Shown: positions 50,052-59,133 of the stretch, piece by piece | Position numbering within the stretch: the stretch's first letter is position 1 | How the letters are laid out: each line of letters begins with the position of its first letter | Source: an uncultured Gammaproteobacteria bacterium | GTDB taxonomy: Bacteria; Patescibacteriota; Microgenomatia; Levybacterales; UBA12049 | Reading direction: 5' to 3' | DNA length: 64,000 bases | Assembly (NCBI GenBank): GCA_964490105.1 | Contig: CAZAZU010000001.1 | Span: 434,361 to 498,360 of the forward strand | Notes under the pieces: generated by a model | Databases searched by the model: none | Told to the model about the DNA's origin: nothing | The model's input: the letters and a program-made list of their open reading frames with translations, nothing else | Program-made: the position numbers and the translations under genes

Positions 50052-50606
50052 TCACTTTAATTTTTCTAGTATTGCATTTGCGAGTTCTGGAAATTCAAAC
50101 TTGGGGCGAGTTGCACCAAAATGCTCTTGGTCTTTAAATTCAGTATATTCTGAATCTAATTTTTCATGTACAAATCTAGCCTCTTCCACTGGCACAAAAG
50201 GATCATCTACGGAGCCAAACTGAAGAATCCAATTTTGATTTTTCTTTATCGCTTCCCAGTCCCACGGCCTATTAAAATATCCAGCCTTAGTTTCCCAGGG
50301 ATTATTTAAATCAGTGTGATAAGTAGCGACAAGTGCACTACCGTAAATTTTATTTTTTTCTGCAAATCTCATTGCAGCAATTGCACCACTTGAATATCCT
50401 ACAAGAATCGTATTTTCGTCAGCATTTAATTTATGAAGAAATGGAATCCAGGAACTTTCCGGAGCTAAATCACTATCAGGAAAGTCTTCGTCAATTACTT
50501 GGACTCCAACACTTTCGAGTTCTTTTTTAAGATAAGGAAACCATCCGTCCTTAGGTGATCCGCCACCATTTCCTGGAATAAATATAGCTTTTAAATTTTT
50601 ATTCAT
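50052..50606 (-). CDS. RBBP9/YdeN-family alpha/beta hydrolase
   Basis: FIPGNGG, WFPYL, GYSSG nucleophile elbow, SVDDPFVP, EHF; ATG 50606 preferred. Confidence 0.85.
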   Translation of the reverse strand: MNKNLKAIFIPGNGGGSPKDGWFPYLKKELESVGVQVIDEDFPDSDLAPESSWIPFLHKLNADENTILVGYSSGAIAAMRFAEKNKIYGSALVATYHTDLNNPWETKAGYFNRPWDWEAIKKNQNWILQFGSVDDPFVPVEEARFVHEKLDSEYTEFKDQEHFGATRPKFEFPELANAILEKLK

Positions 50607-51162
50607 TTTCTTTAATTTTTTCAAATAACTCTGGGAACCTCCTGTACTTCTCACCTGATGTAGAAATACTAAAATGCTTCTGTCCTGGAATTATAACAAG
50701 TTCTCCGTTAACTTTTTCACTCAAATATCTTGCATGATCAAGCGGACAAAATGGATCATCATCAGAATGAATGAATATAAACTTTCGAGCTTTATTTTTT
50801 ATTTTTTCGAAATCAAAAGGTTCTAAGAAAAGTTCTTCTAAGTCTTCTCTCCCCAAACTATCTTTAAAAGATCCAACTAAATAAACTGGCCCAGTCTTAA
50901 CTCCATCGGGCAAACTTTGGAGTAATCCAAAAATCTCTACAGATCCAGATGAATGTCCTATTATAATAGTGTCAGGTCCAAACTTGAAATCACTAGCTAG
51001 TAAAAATTCTGTATATCGCTTAACATTTGGCACATCTGCGCCCGGAAGATCAGGAACCCAAACATTGTATCCTATTTTTTCCAGTTCTTCTTTTATCCAC
51101 GGAAACCAATTTTTATTTGAATTTGAGCCAGTCCCATGAAGTATCAACGCATTTTTATTCAT
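50599..51162 (-). CDS. RBBP9/YdeN-family alpha/beta hydrolase (tandem paralog)
   Basis: ILHG, WFPW, GHSSG, HSDDDPF, KHF. Confidence 0.85.
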   Translation of the reverse strand: MNKNALILHGTGSNSNKNWFPWIKEELEKIGYNVWVPDLPGADVPNVKRYTEFLLASDFKFGPDTIIIGHSSGSVEIFGLLQSLPDGVKTGPVYLVGSFKDSLGREDLEELFLEPFDFEKIKNKARKFIFIHSDDDPFCPLDHARYLSEKVNGELVIIPGQKHFSISTSGEKYRRFPELFEKIKENE

Positions 51163-51778
51163 CTACCTCAACGATTCTATACCAGTCGTCTTTTACTTCT
51201 ATGTATTGGTGATTTGTAAGTAGAATAATTTTATTTTCTTCGTTATATGTATGATGCACTCTATGTTTTAAATATCTTTCTTTAAATAGTTCATGTCCCC
51301 AGTGTGGGAAAACTACAAAATCGACTAAATTTAAACCTGCAAAATCTACTAAATTCGGAGCTTTTTTATAGTTATCTAAATCCCGAAGTGGTTCTATGTT
51401 CGGTCCAGCTAATACAGAACCAGCACTAGATCCTATGTAAATTTTTCCATTTTTTATGTAATCAATAATTACATCCCTGCATTCAGATTGCTGGATCTTT
51501 TCGAGCAAATAAAACGTGTTTCCGCCTGAAAAATAAATTATGTCAAAATCTTTTAGGAAGTTTTTTACTTCTTCTTTGTTTTGACCAGTAATTGTGTATT
51601 CTGTTACATCAAACCCAGCATCAATTAAAGACTGCTTATCATCTTCTTTCCATTTAAGATCCCCTTCTTCCACTTCAGCAGCTGTTGAAATAAAAACCAA
51701 CTTAGCGCCTTTTTTGTCAATTTTCTTAGCTACATCGTGAGCTACTTTTTGAACCGAAGAAGTTAAATACAAACTCAT
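51155..51778 (-). CDS. Peptidase S51 (dipeptidase E-like)
   Basis: FISTA, YFSGGNTFYL, GSSAG, FPHW. Confidence 0.85.
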   Translation of the reverse strand: MSLYLTSSVQKVAHDVAKKIDKKGAKLVFISTAAEVEEGDLKWKEDDKQSLIDAGFDVTEYTITGQNKEEVKNFLKDFDIIYFSGGNTFYLLEKIQQSECRDVIIDYIKNGKIYIGSSAGSVLAGPNIEPLRDLDNYKKAPNLVDFAGLNLVDFVVFPHWGHELFKERYLKHRVHHTYNEENKIILLTNHQYIEVKDDWYRIVEVDE

Positions 51779-51790
51779 GATGAGATTATA

Positions 51791-52525
51791 TCAGAAGAAA
51801 ATTAGTTTTATTCCGGAAATTAAAACGATTGTGAGAAAAATCCATTTGACTGCTTCATTGCCTTTTTTAATTGCAGTGTGAGCTCCTAAGTATCCACCTA
51901 CTGCTGAGCCAATCATTAGTGGAATTCCTATTCTAAAATCTATTAAACCTGATGACCAGTAAGCTATTAGCGCCGTAAGATTTGCAAAAATTCCCATCGT
52001 AGTTCCATTCGCATTTGCCTGAATAATTGACATACCATAAAAATAAACCAGCGCATAAATTAGAAATGTTCCTCCGCCTCCGCCAAACATTGCAGCATAA
52101 ATCATAATTATAAAGATCACGAAAAATCCAATTATCTTATGGTGTTTTCCCTTATTTTTTTCTGCCAATCCAAAATCTTTATTGAAAACTAAAATTGGCG
52201 CAAAAAATAATAAAATAAATCCTAAAGTTTTTTCCAGTAAATTTTCATCAATTTCCAGAAGCAGTTTCGAGCCGACTAGTCCTCCTAAAATGGCACTCGC
52301 TAAAAATGGAAAAACATATTTCATGTTAATAATTCCCGCTCGTCTGAATTTAAAAATAGATGTTAATGATCCGGTTAACGCACTAAGTCTTGTGGTAGCA
52401 ATTGAAGCCTGAGGACTCATACCTAAAAATATAAGTGCGGGAATAGAAATCAAACCACCGCCTGAAGCTAATGCACCGATAAAACCAGCAGCAAATCCAA
52501 TTAATAATGGAAGCACTATGTCCAC
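51791..52525 (-). CDS. Sulfite exporter TauE/SafE-family membrane protein
   Basis: GFAAG...GGGLISIPAL, A.AT, FGGGGG, GGYLGA; about 8 TMs; GTG start. Confidence 0.85.
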   Translation of the reverse strand: MDIVLPLLIGFAAGFIGALASGGGLISIPALIFLGMSPQASIATTRLSALTGSLTSIFKFRRAGIINMKYVFPFLASAILGGLVGSKLLLEIDENLLEKTLGFILLFFAPILVFNKDFGLAEKNKGKHHKIIGFFVIFIIMIYAAMFGGGGGTFLIYALVYFYGMSIIQANANGTTMGIFANLTALIAYWSSGLIDFRIGIPLMIGSAVGGYLGAHTAIKKGNEAVKWIFLTIVLISGIKLIFF

Positions 52526-52573
52526 ATATGAAGTATACCATTGACTATTATATAAATTGTGTATAATCGGATT

Positions 52574-53617
52574 ATGGCGACAGAAGATATTTTAGACCAG
52601 GTTAATCTTCGCTATTCTAATGATAAAAAACCGGGATACACAAGAAAAGTAACTAATGATAAATTTATTTACTTCGATACAAAAGGAAATAAAATCACGG
52701 ACCAGGCTACAATTGACCGCATAAATAAATTAGTAATTCCTCCTGCTTATAAAAATGTCTGGATAGCTCCATACGCAAATGGGCATATCCAAGCTACAGG
52801 AATAGATGCCAGAGGCAGAAAACAATATCGTTATCATCCTTTATGGATAAAGATGAGTCAGGGAGAAAAATTCACTCATATTATGGAATTTGCAAAAACT
52901 CTTCCTAAAATAAGAAGTAAAGTCCGCTCAGATATGGAAAAACCAGGAGTTTCAAAAGAAAAAATTTTAGCAACAATCGTTTGGCTGCTCGAGAACACAT
53001 TAATAAGAATTGGGAATGAAGAATATGCCATAGATAATAACTCATATGGCCTTACAACTCTTAAAAACAAGCATGCACTAATTACCTCAACTGACAAAGT
53101 TGTTTTTAAATTTAAGGGAAAGAGCGGCGTATATCACAACGTGAGCATAAGAAATAAAAAAGTTGCAAAAGTATTACGACGCTTAAAAGAAATTCCAGGT
53201 CAGGATCTTTTTGGGTATATGGATGAAAATGGAGAAATTCAAACAATTGACTCTTATGATGTGAATGAATACTTAAAACTAATTACGGGTCAGGAAGTAA
53301 CAGCTAAAGATTTTAGAACTTGGGGTGGAACAGTTTTGGCTGCCATGCATTTTAATAAATTAGGATTAGCAGAAGAAGAAAATTTAGTTAAGGAGAATGT
53401 GGTTAATACTGTAAAGGAAGTTGCGAGCTTTTTAAGAAACCGCCCTGCAACTTGCAAAAAGTATTATATTCACCCGGCAATAATTGAAAGCTATACAAAA
53501 GGATATATAATTTCAAATATGGAAAACTTACCTAAGAAAAAAAGATACTTTACAATTGATGGACTCGGAGTTCACGAAAACAAAACTATGGCACTTTTAA
53601 CTTATCTGTCTCCATAA
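52574..53617 (+). CDS. DNA topoisomerase IB (bacterial/poxvirus-like)
   Basis: IPPAY..VWI, GHIQATG.DARGRKQYRYH, IRIGN, GKSG, KDFRTW, CKKYYIHP with the catalytic Tyr; ATG 52574 lies 6 nt after TATAAT. Confidence 0.92.
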   Translation: MATEDILDQVNLRYSNDKKPGYTRKVTNDKFIYFDTKGNKITDQATIDRINKLVIPPAYKNVWIAPYANGHIQATGIDARGRKQYRYHPLWIKMSQGEKFTHIMEFAKTLPKIRSKVRSDMEKPGVSKEKILATIVWLLENTLIRIGNEEYAIDNNSYGLTTLKNKHALITSTDKVVFKFKGKSGVYHNVSIRNKKVAKVLRRLKEIPGQDLFGYMDENGEIQTIDSYDVNEYLKLITGQEVTAKDFRTWGGTVLAAMHFNKLGLAEEENLVKENVVNTVKEVASFLRNRPATCKKYYIHPAIIESYTKGYIISNMENLPKKKRYFTIDGLGVHENKTMALLTYLSP

Positions 53618-53663
53618 TTTTAGAACTTGAATTTAATCACATTTAATGTGTTAAAATTCAGAT

Positions 53664-55127
53664 GTGAAAAAAATTATTCGCCGTATAATACGGTATTTTA
53701 ATCCAATAGCTAGGCTTGGGTATGCAAGATACTCGGTTATGGTTCCACTATTAATTAGTCTGATAGCAGCTTCATTAATATATCTACAATTTATTTATAT
53801 AACCGGAGATCCAAATTCGTTAGGGCTTTTAGCAATCTTTATTCCACTTGCTTTAATCGTTTATTCCTCTTTTAGAGACGGAATAAGAGGGGGATTTACA
53901 GCAACTATAGTTACTATTTGTTTTTACTTTTATATAATTTATTCGCTCAATTATACAGGCGATGAACTCAGGTCAGGAATCCAAACAACCATAGCGCTAA
54001 CTTTCTTATACTTATTAATTTCCATAATAGTTGGCTGGCTTAAGCAAACAATTGACGGCTTAATAATAAAAGAGGCTGATGCCAGAAAAAGGCTTGAGGC
54101 AATACTTGAGCAACTCCCGGTAGGAATAATCGTAGCGAGCAAAAATGGCGGGCTTTTGTCAGCCAATAAAAAAATTGAGAACATGGTGGGCTCTAAAATT
54201 CCAAAAAATTTTGTTGTTGGAAAATCAAGATTTATTAATTACTTGGATGGAGATAAATCTCTCGATTTAAGCCAATATCCATTAACAAGAGCCTTAAAAG
54301 GTAAAAATGTAATAAACCAGGAACTAATAATAAAAAGGGGCGACAAAAGATTGGTGTTCGTAAATGTTAGCTCTAGCCCTATCAAAAATAGGGATGGTAA
54401 TATCATCGCCGCTGCATCGATTATTAGCGATATCACACATCAGAAAGAATTAGAAAAAAGAAAAGATGACTTCATAAATATGGCTTCTCATGAATTAAAA
54501 ACTCCGCTTACAAGCATGATTCTTTATCTTAGTTCTTTAAATAAAAGATCTAGAAATAATAACGACAAGACACTTATTAACACTATAAGAAGAATTCAGA
54601 GCCAAACAGAAAATCTTAAAGAGTTAGTAGACGATTTACTTGATGTCTCAAGACTAAATACAGGAAAACTTAGATATAATTATGAAAAGTTTGAGTTAAA
54701 TAAATTAATAAATGAAGTTGTGAACGCTCTGCAGGAAACCACACCACAAAATATTATTTTTTCGAAAAATAAACCAGTAGAAGTTACTGGGGATAAATTT
54801 AGAATAAATCAAGTTTTAATGAATCTGATTTCTAACGCGATTAAATACTCATCCCAAGAAGGTAAAATTAATGTTCACTCAGTTATAAATAAAGATGAAG
54901 TTGTGGTTAGTATTAAAGATTCAGGAATTGGAATTAATAAGTCGGAGCAAAGTAGAATTTTTGATAGACTTTATCAAGTAACTGATGAACAGGAAAAAAC
55001 ATTTCCAGGGCTAGGTATGGGACTCTATATTTCTAAGGAGATAATTGACAAGCATAATGGTAAAATCTGGGTAGAGAGCGAAAAAGGTAAAGGCTCTACT
55101 TTCTTTTTCACTCTTCCTATAAAATAA
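53664..55127 (+). CDS. Membrane PAS-domain sensor histidine kinase
   Basis: Four N-terminal TMs, PAS/PAC, ASHELKTPLT H-box, NLISNAIKY, DSGIG, GLGMGL, GKGSTF. Confidence 0.92.
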   Translation: MKKIIRRIIRYFNPIARLGYARYSVMVPLLISLIAASLIYLQFIYITGDPNSLGLLAIFIPLALIVYSSFRDGIRGGFTATIVTICFYFYIIYSLNYTGDELRSGIQTTIALTFLYLLISIIVGWLKQTIDGLIIKEADARKRLEAILEQLPVGIIVASKNGGLLSANKKIENMVGSKIPKNFVVGKSRFINYLDGDKSLDLSQYPLTRALKGKNVINQELIIKRGDKRLVFVNVSSSPIKNRDGNIIAAASIISDITHQKELEKRKDDFINMASHELKTPLTSMILYLSSLNKRSRNNNDKTLINTIRRIQSQTENLKELVDDLLDVSRLNTGKLRYNYEKFELNKLINEVVNALQETTPQNIIFSKNKPVEVTGDKFRINQVLMNLISNAIKYSSQEGKINVHSVINKDEVVVSIKDSGIGINKSEQSRIFDRLYQVTDEQEKTFPGLGMGLYISKEIIDKHNGKIWVESEKGKGSTFFFTLPIK

Positions 55128-55131
55128 AAAT

Positions 55132-55491
55132 ATGGCAAAAAAAATACTAGTAGTCGATGATGAGGAAAGCATACTTGATGCTGTAAAATTAATTCTCGAA
55201 GATGAGGGATTTTTGGTAAAAGCAATTTTTAAAGGTGATGAAGTATATAAGGAAGTAGAAAAATTTAATCCAGATTTAATTCTTTTAGACGTTTTAATGT
55301 CTGGAAAAGATGGAAGAACTATTTCCAAAAATTTAAAAAGCATTGAAAAAACAAAAAACATTCCTGTTATTATGATCTCTGCACACCCAACTGCAAGTGA
55401 AACATTAAAGGAATATAAAGCTGACGATTTTTTAGCAAAGCCTTTTAAGGTGGACGAATTACTGGAAATCTTAGAGAAGTACCTAAACTAA
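55132..55491 (+). CDS. Single-domain response regulator (receiver only)
   Basis: ILVVDDE, LILLDVLM phospho-Asp, MISA, FLAKPF; no output domain. Confidence 0.92.
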   Translation: MAKKILVVDDEESILDAVKLILEDEGFLVKAIFKGDEVYKEVEKFNPDLILLDVLMSGKDGRTISKNLKSIEKTKNIPVIMISAHPTASETLKEYKADDFLAKPFKVDELLEILEKYLN

Positions 55492-56442
55492 ATGTGCTCC
55501 GTTTGCCGGATAATTAATAATCGTTTTAATAACCTCTGGTAATTCTTTTAATTTTTCAGATATCTTTTCTGCGTCCTCGCTTCTGCAAATTACATGAACA
55601 TCCTGACCCGTGTTAATAGTAAAATAACATTCTAATCCTTCTCGGCGGAGACTCTGAACATATTTCATAACAGCTACAGTTCCTGGTGTCCAATAAAATA
55701 ACGGCGGATTAGATGTAAATAAAATTGAGTGAAATTCCAAAGCTTCTCTTTCTATAATATCTCCAAATTCAGAAAAGTTTTTTTCTTCAATTAATTTTTT
55801 TACTTTATTTATTTTTTCAGGAATTCCCTCTAATCTTTTTTCAAAAAATATTCCAGATCTGGCGGATTTTTGTCCTTCACTTGTCGCTAAGAATTTTTTC
55901 TCTGTACTTACTACTGCTATAACATCTGCTATCTGAAAATAATCAGCTGGAAAAACAGACTGCGCATATGACTCTTCGCTTGTGTTTCCATCCCTCCACT
56001 CTACAAATCCGTCTGGAATTGAACGGCATGCAGATCCTGACCCCTGACGAGCTAGAATCGATAGATCTTTCTTGCTTAATTTCAAACCTGCAGCAGAGAC
56101 TCCCGCTAAAGTTAATGCTGCAAATCCAGAGGCAGAAGAAGAAAGACCAGTTCCAGTTGGAAAATTATTTTCTGTAATAATTTTTACTTTTTTATGGATA
56201 TTTGCCAGTTTTCGAATTCTGTCAATATGCTTTATCGCTCTATTATTTTCTAATTCTTCAATTTTCCCGTTAAAACTCACATGATCGTTTTCAAAATCTC
56301 CAAATTCTACAGTAGTTGTAGTTAAAAGTGTTGAAAGATTCATGGAAATACTTCCATTCTCAGGAAGCCTTAAGACCTCATCTTTTCTCCCCCAATATTT
56401 TACAAATGCTATGTTCGATGGTGCTTGTGCAGTTACTTTCAT
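55483..56442 (-). CDS. mvaD: Diphosphomevalonate decarboxylase
   Basis: APSNIAFVKYWG, NNFPTGTGLSSSASG, ARQGSGSACRS. Confidence 0.92.
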   Translation of the reverse strand: MKVTAQAPSNIAFVKYWGRKDEVLRLPENGSISMNLSTLLTTTTVEFGDFENDHVSFNGKIEELENNRAIKHIDRIRKLANIHKKVKIITENNFPTGTGLSSSASGFAALTLAGVSAAGLKLSKKDLSILARQGSGSACRSIPDGFVEWRDGNTSEESYAQSVFPADYFQIADVIAVVSTEKKFLATSEGQKSARSGIFFEKRLEGIPEKINKVKKLIEEKNFSEFGDIIEREALEFHSILFTSNPPLFYWTPGTVAVMKYVQSLRREGLECYFTINTGQDVHVICRSEDAEKISEKLKELPEVIKTIINYPANGAHLV

Positions 56443-57290
56443 ATCAATTCAAATTTTTTGAATATACTAATTATACCATCTTCATTTACGTGGCCTCCGA
56501 TAAAATGCCTTTTCTCGTTTTTATCTAGTTTAGATTTTAATTCCTCTGTTCCATTTCCCATTACTCCTTTATATCCGCAAATTTCTATGAAATCCCAATC
56601 ATGAATCGTATCTCCCACTCCTAATACTTCGTCAAGATCTACATTAAGGTATTTTGCTAAATATTTAACGCCATGTTTCTTGGATGCATTTTTTGAAGTT
56701 ACTACAGCAGTTTTAACGTCGCCTGTGTTTGGTCCACTTGACCAAGAAAAATTAAACAAATCTTTTATTCCTTCTAAAACTGCATTAATTTTTTCTTTAT
56801 CACTATTATTAAATGCTGAAATATTTATTTTTGAAATTTCTTTTTTTTCTATTAATTGCGAAAAATCATTTATCAAAATTGGTCTTCTGCCTATAAAATT
56901 TTCATATTTTTTTGTATATTCATTTTCTGCTGATTTTAATAGGTAATAGTCTTCTGTAGTGAAAATATTTACGTAAACATCTTTTCCTAATAAGTTTAAT
57001 AACTTAATTAGATGTTCAGGCTTTATGATTTCTTTTTTTATTATTTTATTTTGGATCGGATTAAATATTACAGCTCCTCCATCCGCAATGTGAGGATTAT
57101 CGATCCCGATATTTGCAATATTTTCCTTCGCTGCGAAAGTAGTTTTGCCAGTTAAAAAGCTAACACGAATTCCGCTTTCATGAATCTTTTTCAAAGCTTT
57201 AGAAACTTTTTTACTGGGTTGGGGAAAATTAATTCCGGGGAGATTTCCAATTATTACACCGTCTATATCAAGAACTATTGCTTTTATCAT
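56439..57290 (-). CDS. Cof-type HAD subfamily IIB hydrolase
   Basis: LDIDG, LTGK, IADGGA, SKKHG, GVGDTIHD, VMGN. Confidence 0.82.
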   Translation of the reverse strand: MIKAIVLDIDGVIIGNLPGINFPQPSKKVSKALKKIHESGIRVSFLTGKTTFAAKENIANIGIDNPHIADGGAVIFNPIQNKIIKKEIIKPEHLIKLLNLLGKDVYVNIFTTEDYYLLKSAENEYTKKYENFIGRRPILINDFSQLIEKKEISKINISAFNNSDKEKINAVLEGIKDLFNFSWSSGPNTGDVKTAVVTSKNASKKHGVKYLAKYLNVDLDEVLGVGDTIHDWDFIEICGYKGVMGNGTEELKSKLDKNEKRHFIGGHVNEDGIISIFKKFELI

Positions 57291-58257
57291 CTTCCACTCT
57301 TACTCCTTCTGCATTTGTTTTAACTTTAAGAATTTCTCCGCCTGCTTCTGTTATTCCTTTTTCAATACTATCCAAACTATCCTCTGGCCCAAATGAAATC
57401 ATACAATCTCCTCCGCCTGCTCCTGATAATTTTCCTCCATATGCTCCGCCATTTACTGCGCCCTGTATCATCGCATCTAATTTATCAATACTTACTCCAA
57501 GCTCTACTAAAAGTTTTTGATTATCTAGCATTAGTTTTCCTGCAGTTTCCCAATCGCTACCTATAACAGCGGGTTTTGCTTTTTCAACGAGTGTGTCAAT
57601 TTCGTTATAGATTTCATCAAGTCTAGTTTTATTATCTGCGAATTTTTCCTTAACTTGATTTATGAGAGTTACAGTATCTGCTTTAACACCTGTATAGCCA
57701 ACTATTAACGGCAGAGAATCAATATTTAGAGGCTCAATAGTTTTTCCGCCTGTTACAAAATAAAGAGTTCCGCCATAGGTCGCAGCAGCTACATCAAATC
57801 CCGAACCTTTTCCTTGAATATCCAAAACTGCTTTAAATGCTAAGTCAAAAACTGCTTTGTTATCTAAATTTAATTCAAATAGTTCTGGAAGTGCTTTTAC
57901 AGCACAAACTGTGGAAGCAGAAGAAGATCCGAATCCAAATTTAGATGAAAATTCTGAAGAAGTTGTAATTCGTAAACCTTTATTCAAGCCAAACTTATCA
58001 TAAAGATTTTTAACTGCGATCTCTACAAATTTTGCACCTTTTGGAATATCCCCCTGTCCTAATTCTGAAATAGACTTTTTATAACCCGTAACATCTACGT
58101 CAGATGCTTCTAATTCAAAGTTTGGCTCATCAAGTAATTCGGCAGTCAAACGAATTCTCTGGTCAACTGCAGTAACCAAACATGGATGATCATACACTAC
58201 AGCGTGTTCTCCAAAAAGCATTAATTTCCCCGGCGCCGAAACAGTTACTTTATTCAT
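57268..58257 (-). CDS. Mevalonate kinase-family GHMP kinase (possibly the phosphomevalonate kinase)
   Basis: SAPGKLMLFGEHAVVY, KFGFGSSSA, QGKGSGFDVAAATYGG, KLSGAGGGDC. Confidence 0.8.
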   Translation of the reverse strand: MNKVTVSAPGKLMLFGEHAVVYDHPCLVTAVDQRIRLTAELLDEPNFELEASDVDVTGYKKSISELGQGDIPKGAKFVEIAVKNLYDKFGLNKGLRITTSSEFSSKFGFGSSSASTVCAVKALPELFELNLDNKAVFDLAFKAVLDIQGKGSGFDVAAATYGGTLYFVTGGKTIEPLNIDSLPLIVGYTGVKADTVTLINQVKEKFADNKTRLDEIYNEIDTLVEKAKPAVIGSDWETAGKLMLDNQKLLVELGVSIDKLDAMIQGAVNGGAYGGKLSGAGGGDCMISFGPEDSLDSIEKGITEAGGEILKVKTNAEGVRVEDDKSNSS

Positions 58258-58260
58258 ATA

Positions 58261-59133
58261 TTAAAATTGTACTACAACTGCAGATGGGGCAAGAGCTCTA
58301 ATTCTTGGTTCAACTGGTCTTAATGGTTTTTCTGCTCTTATGACCAACACAGGGAAGTCAATTCCAACTGGTCCATCTTGATTTCCTCTTATATTAAATC
58401 TTTGCCTAAAATACTCAGGTTGTCTTGCTAATAAATGATCCATAGCTTTTCGTCCGCCTGGCTGTTTAAACTGTCCGCCATTCTCCCAGTCCTGCGTAGA
58501 AACCTGACTAACATAGTCTTTAATACTAGAAACCCTAAAACCCGCATTATTTAGCAAACTTACCCATTGATCTTCAGTTGGTATATTACATCTTCCTCTT
58601 TCGTCTAAATCTCTTCCCCCTAGGACTTGTTTTGCGCTATGCTGTGCGTTTGTTCTAGCTTTCATTCCATCAGGTGAAACCATATCCGCTACTACCAAAA
58701 CTCCACCAGGTTTTAAAACATCATTAATTCCTGCGAGAACATTAGGCTGTTGATCTTGAGGAATGTCCTTAAGGCCATATCTAACAACAGCAACATCTGC
58801 AAGTGGAACTCCAGACAAATCCCTAACATCAGCTTGAATTCTTTCAATTCCTTCAGGAACTTTTCCTAAGCTTACAGCACTAGCCTCAACTGCTACAAAT
58901 CTATGCCCTGGTGAACGATCCATTAAACCCTTTCCTACCTTTCCAGGCCCTGACATTAGATCTAAAACTACAGCTTCTCCTTGGATATCGCCTAAACCAG
59001 TTGCTCTGTGGATCATATCCAAAAAACCTTGATCTGTATATGTTTTGGGTCCTTTATCCCAGTCTCTTTTTGCGTATATTTCTGGCATATCTGGTGCCGG
59101 CACTTGGCCTGGCCTAGCATCTGGTGCTGTCAT
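58261..59133 (-). CDS. Class I SAM-dependent methyltransferase
   Basis: VVLDLMSGPG motif I variant, AVEAS, QADVR, VLKPGG.LVVAD. Confidence 0.75.
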   Translation of the reverse strand: MTAPDARPGQVPAPDMPEIYAKRDWDKGPKTYTDQGFLDMIHRATGLGDIQGEAVVLDLMSGPGKVGKGLMDRSPGHRFVAVEASAVSLGKVPEGIERIQADVRDLSGVPLADVAVVRYGLKDIPQDQQPNVLAGINDVLKPGGVLVVADMVSPDGMKARTNAQHSAKQVLGGRDLDERGRCNIPTEDQWVSLLNNAGFRVSSIKDYVSQVSTQDWENGGQFKQPGGRKAMDHLLARQPEYFRQRFNIRGNQDGPVGIDFPVLVIRAEKPLRPVEPRIRALAPSAVVVQF

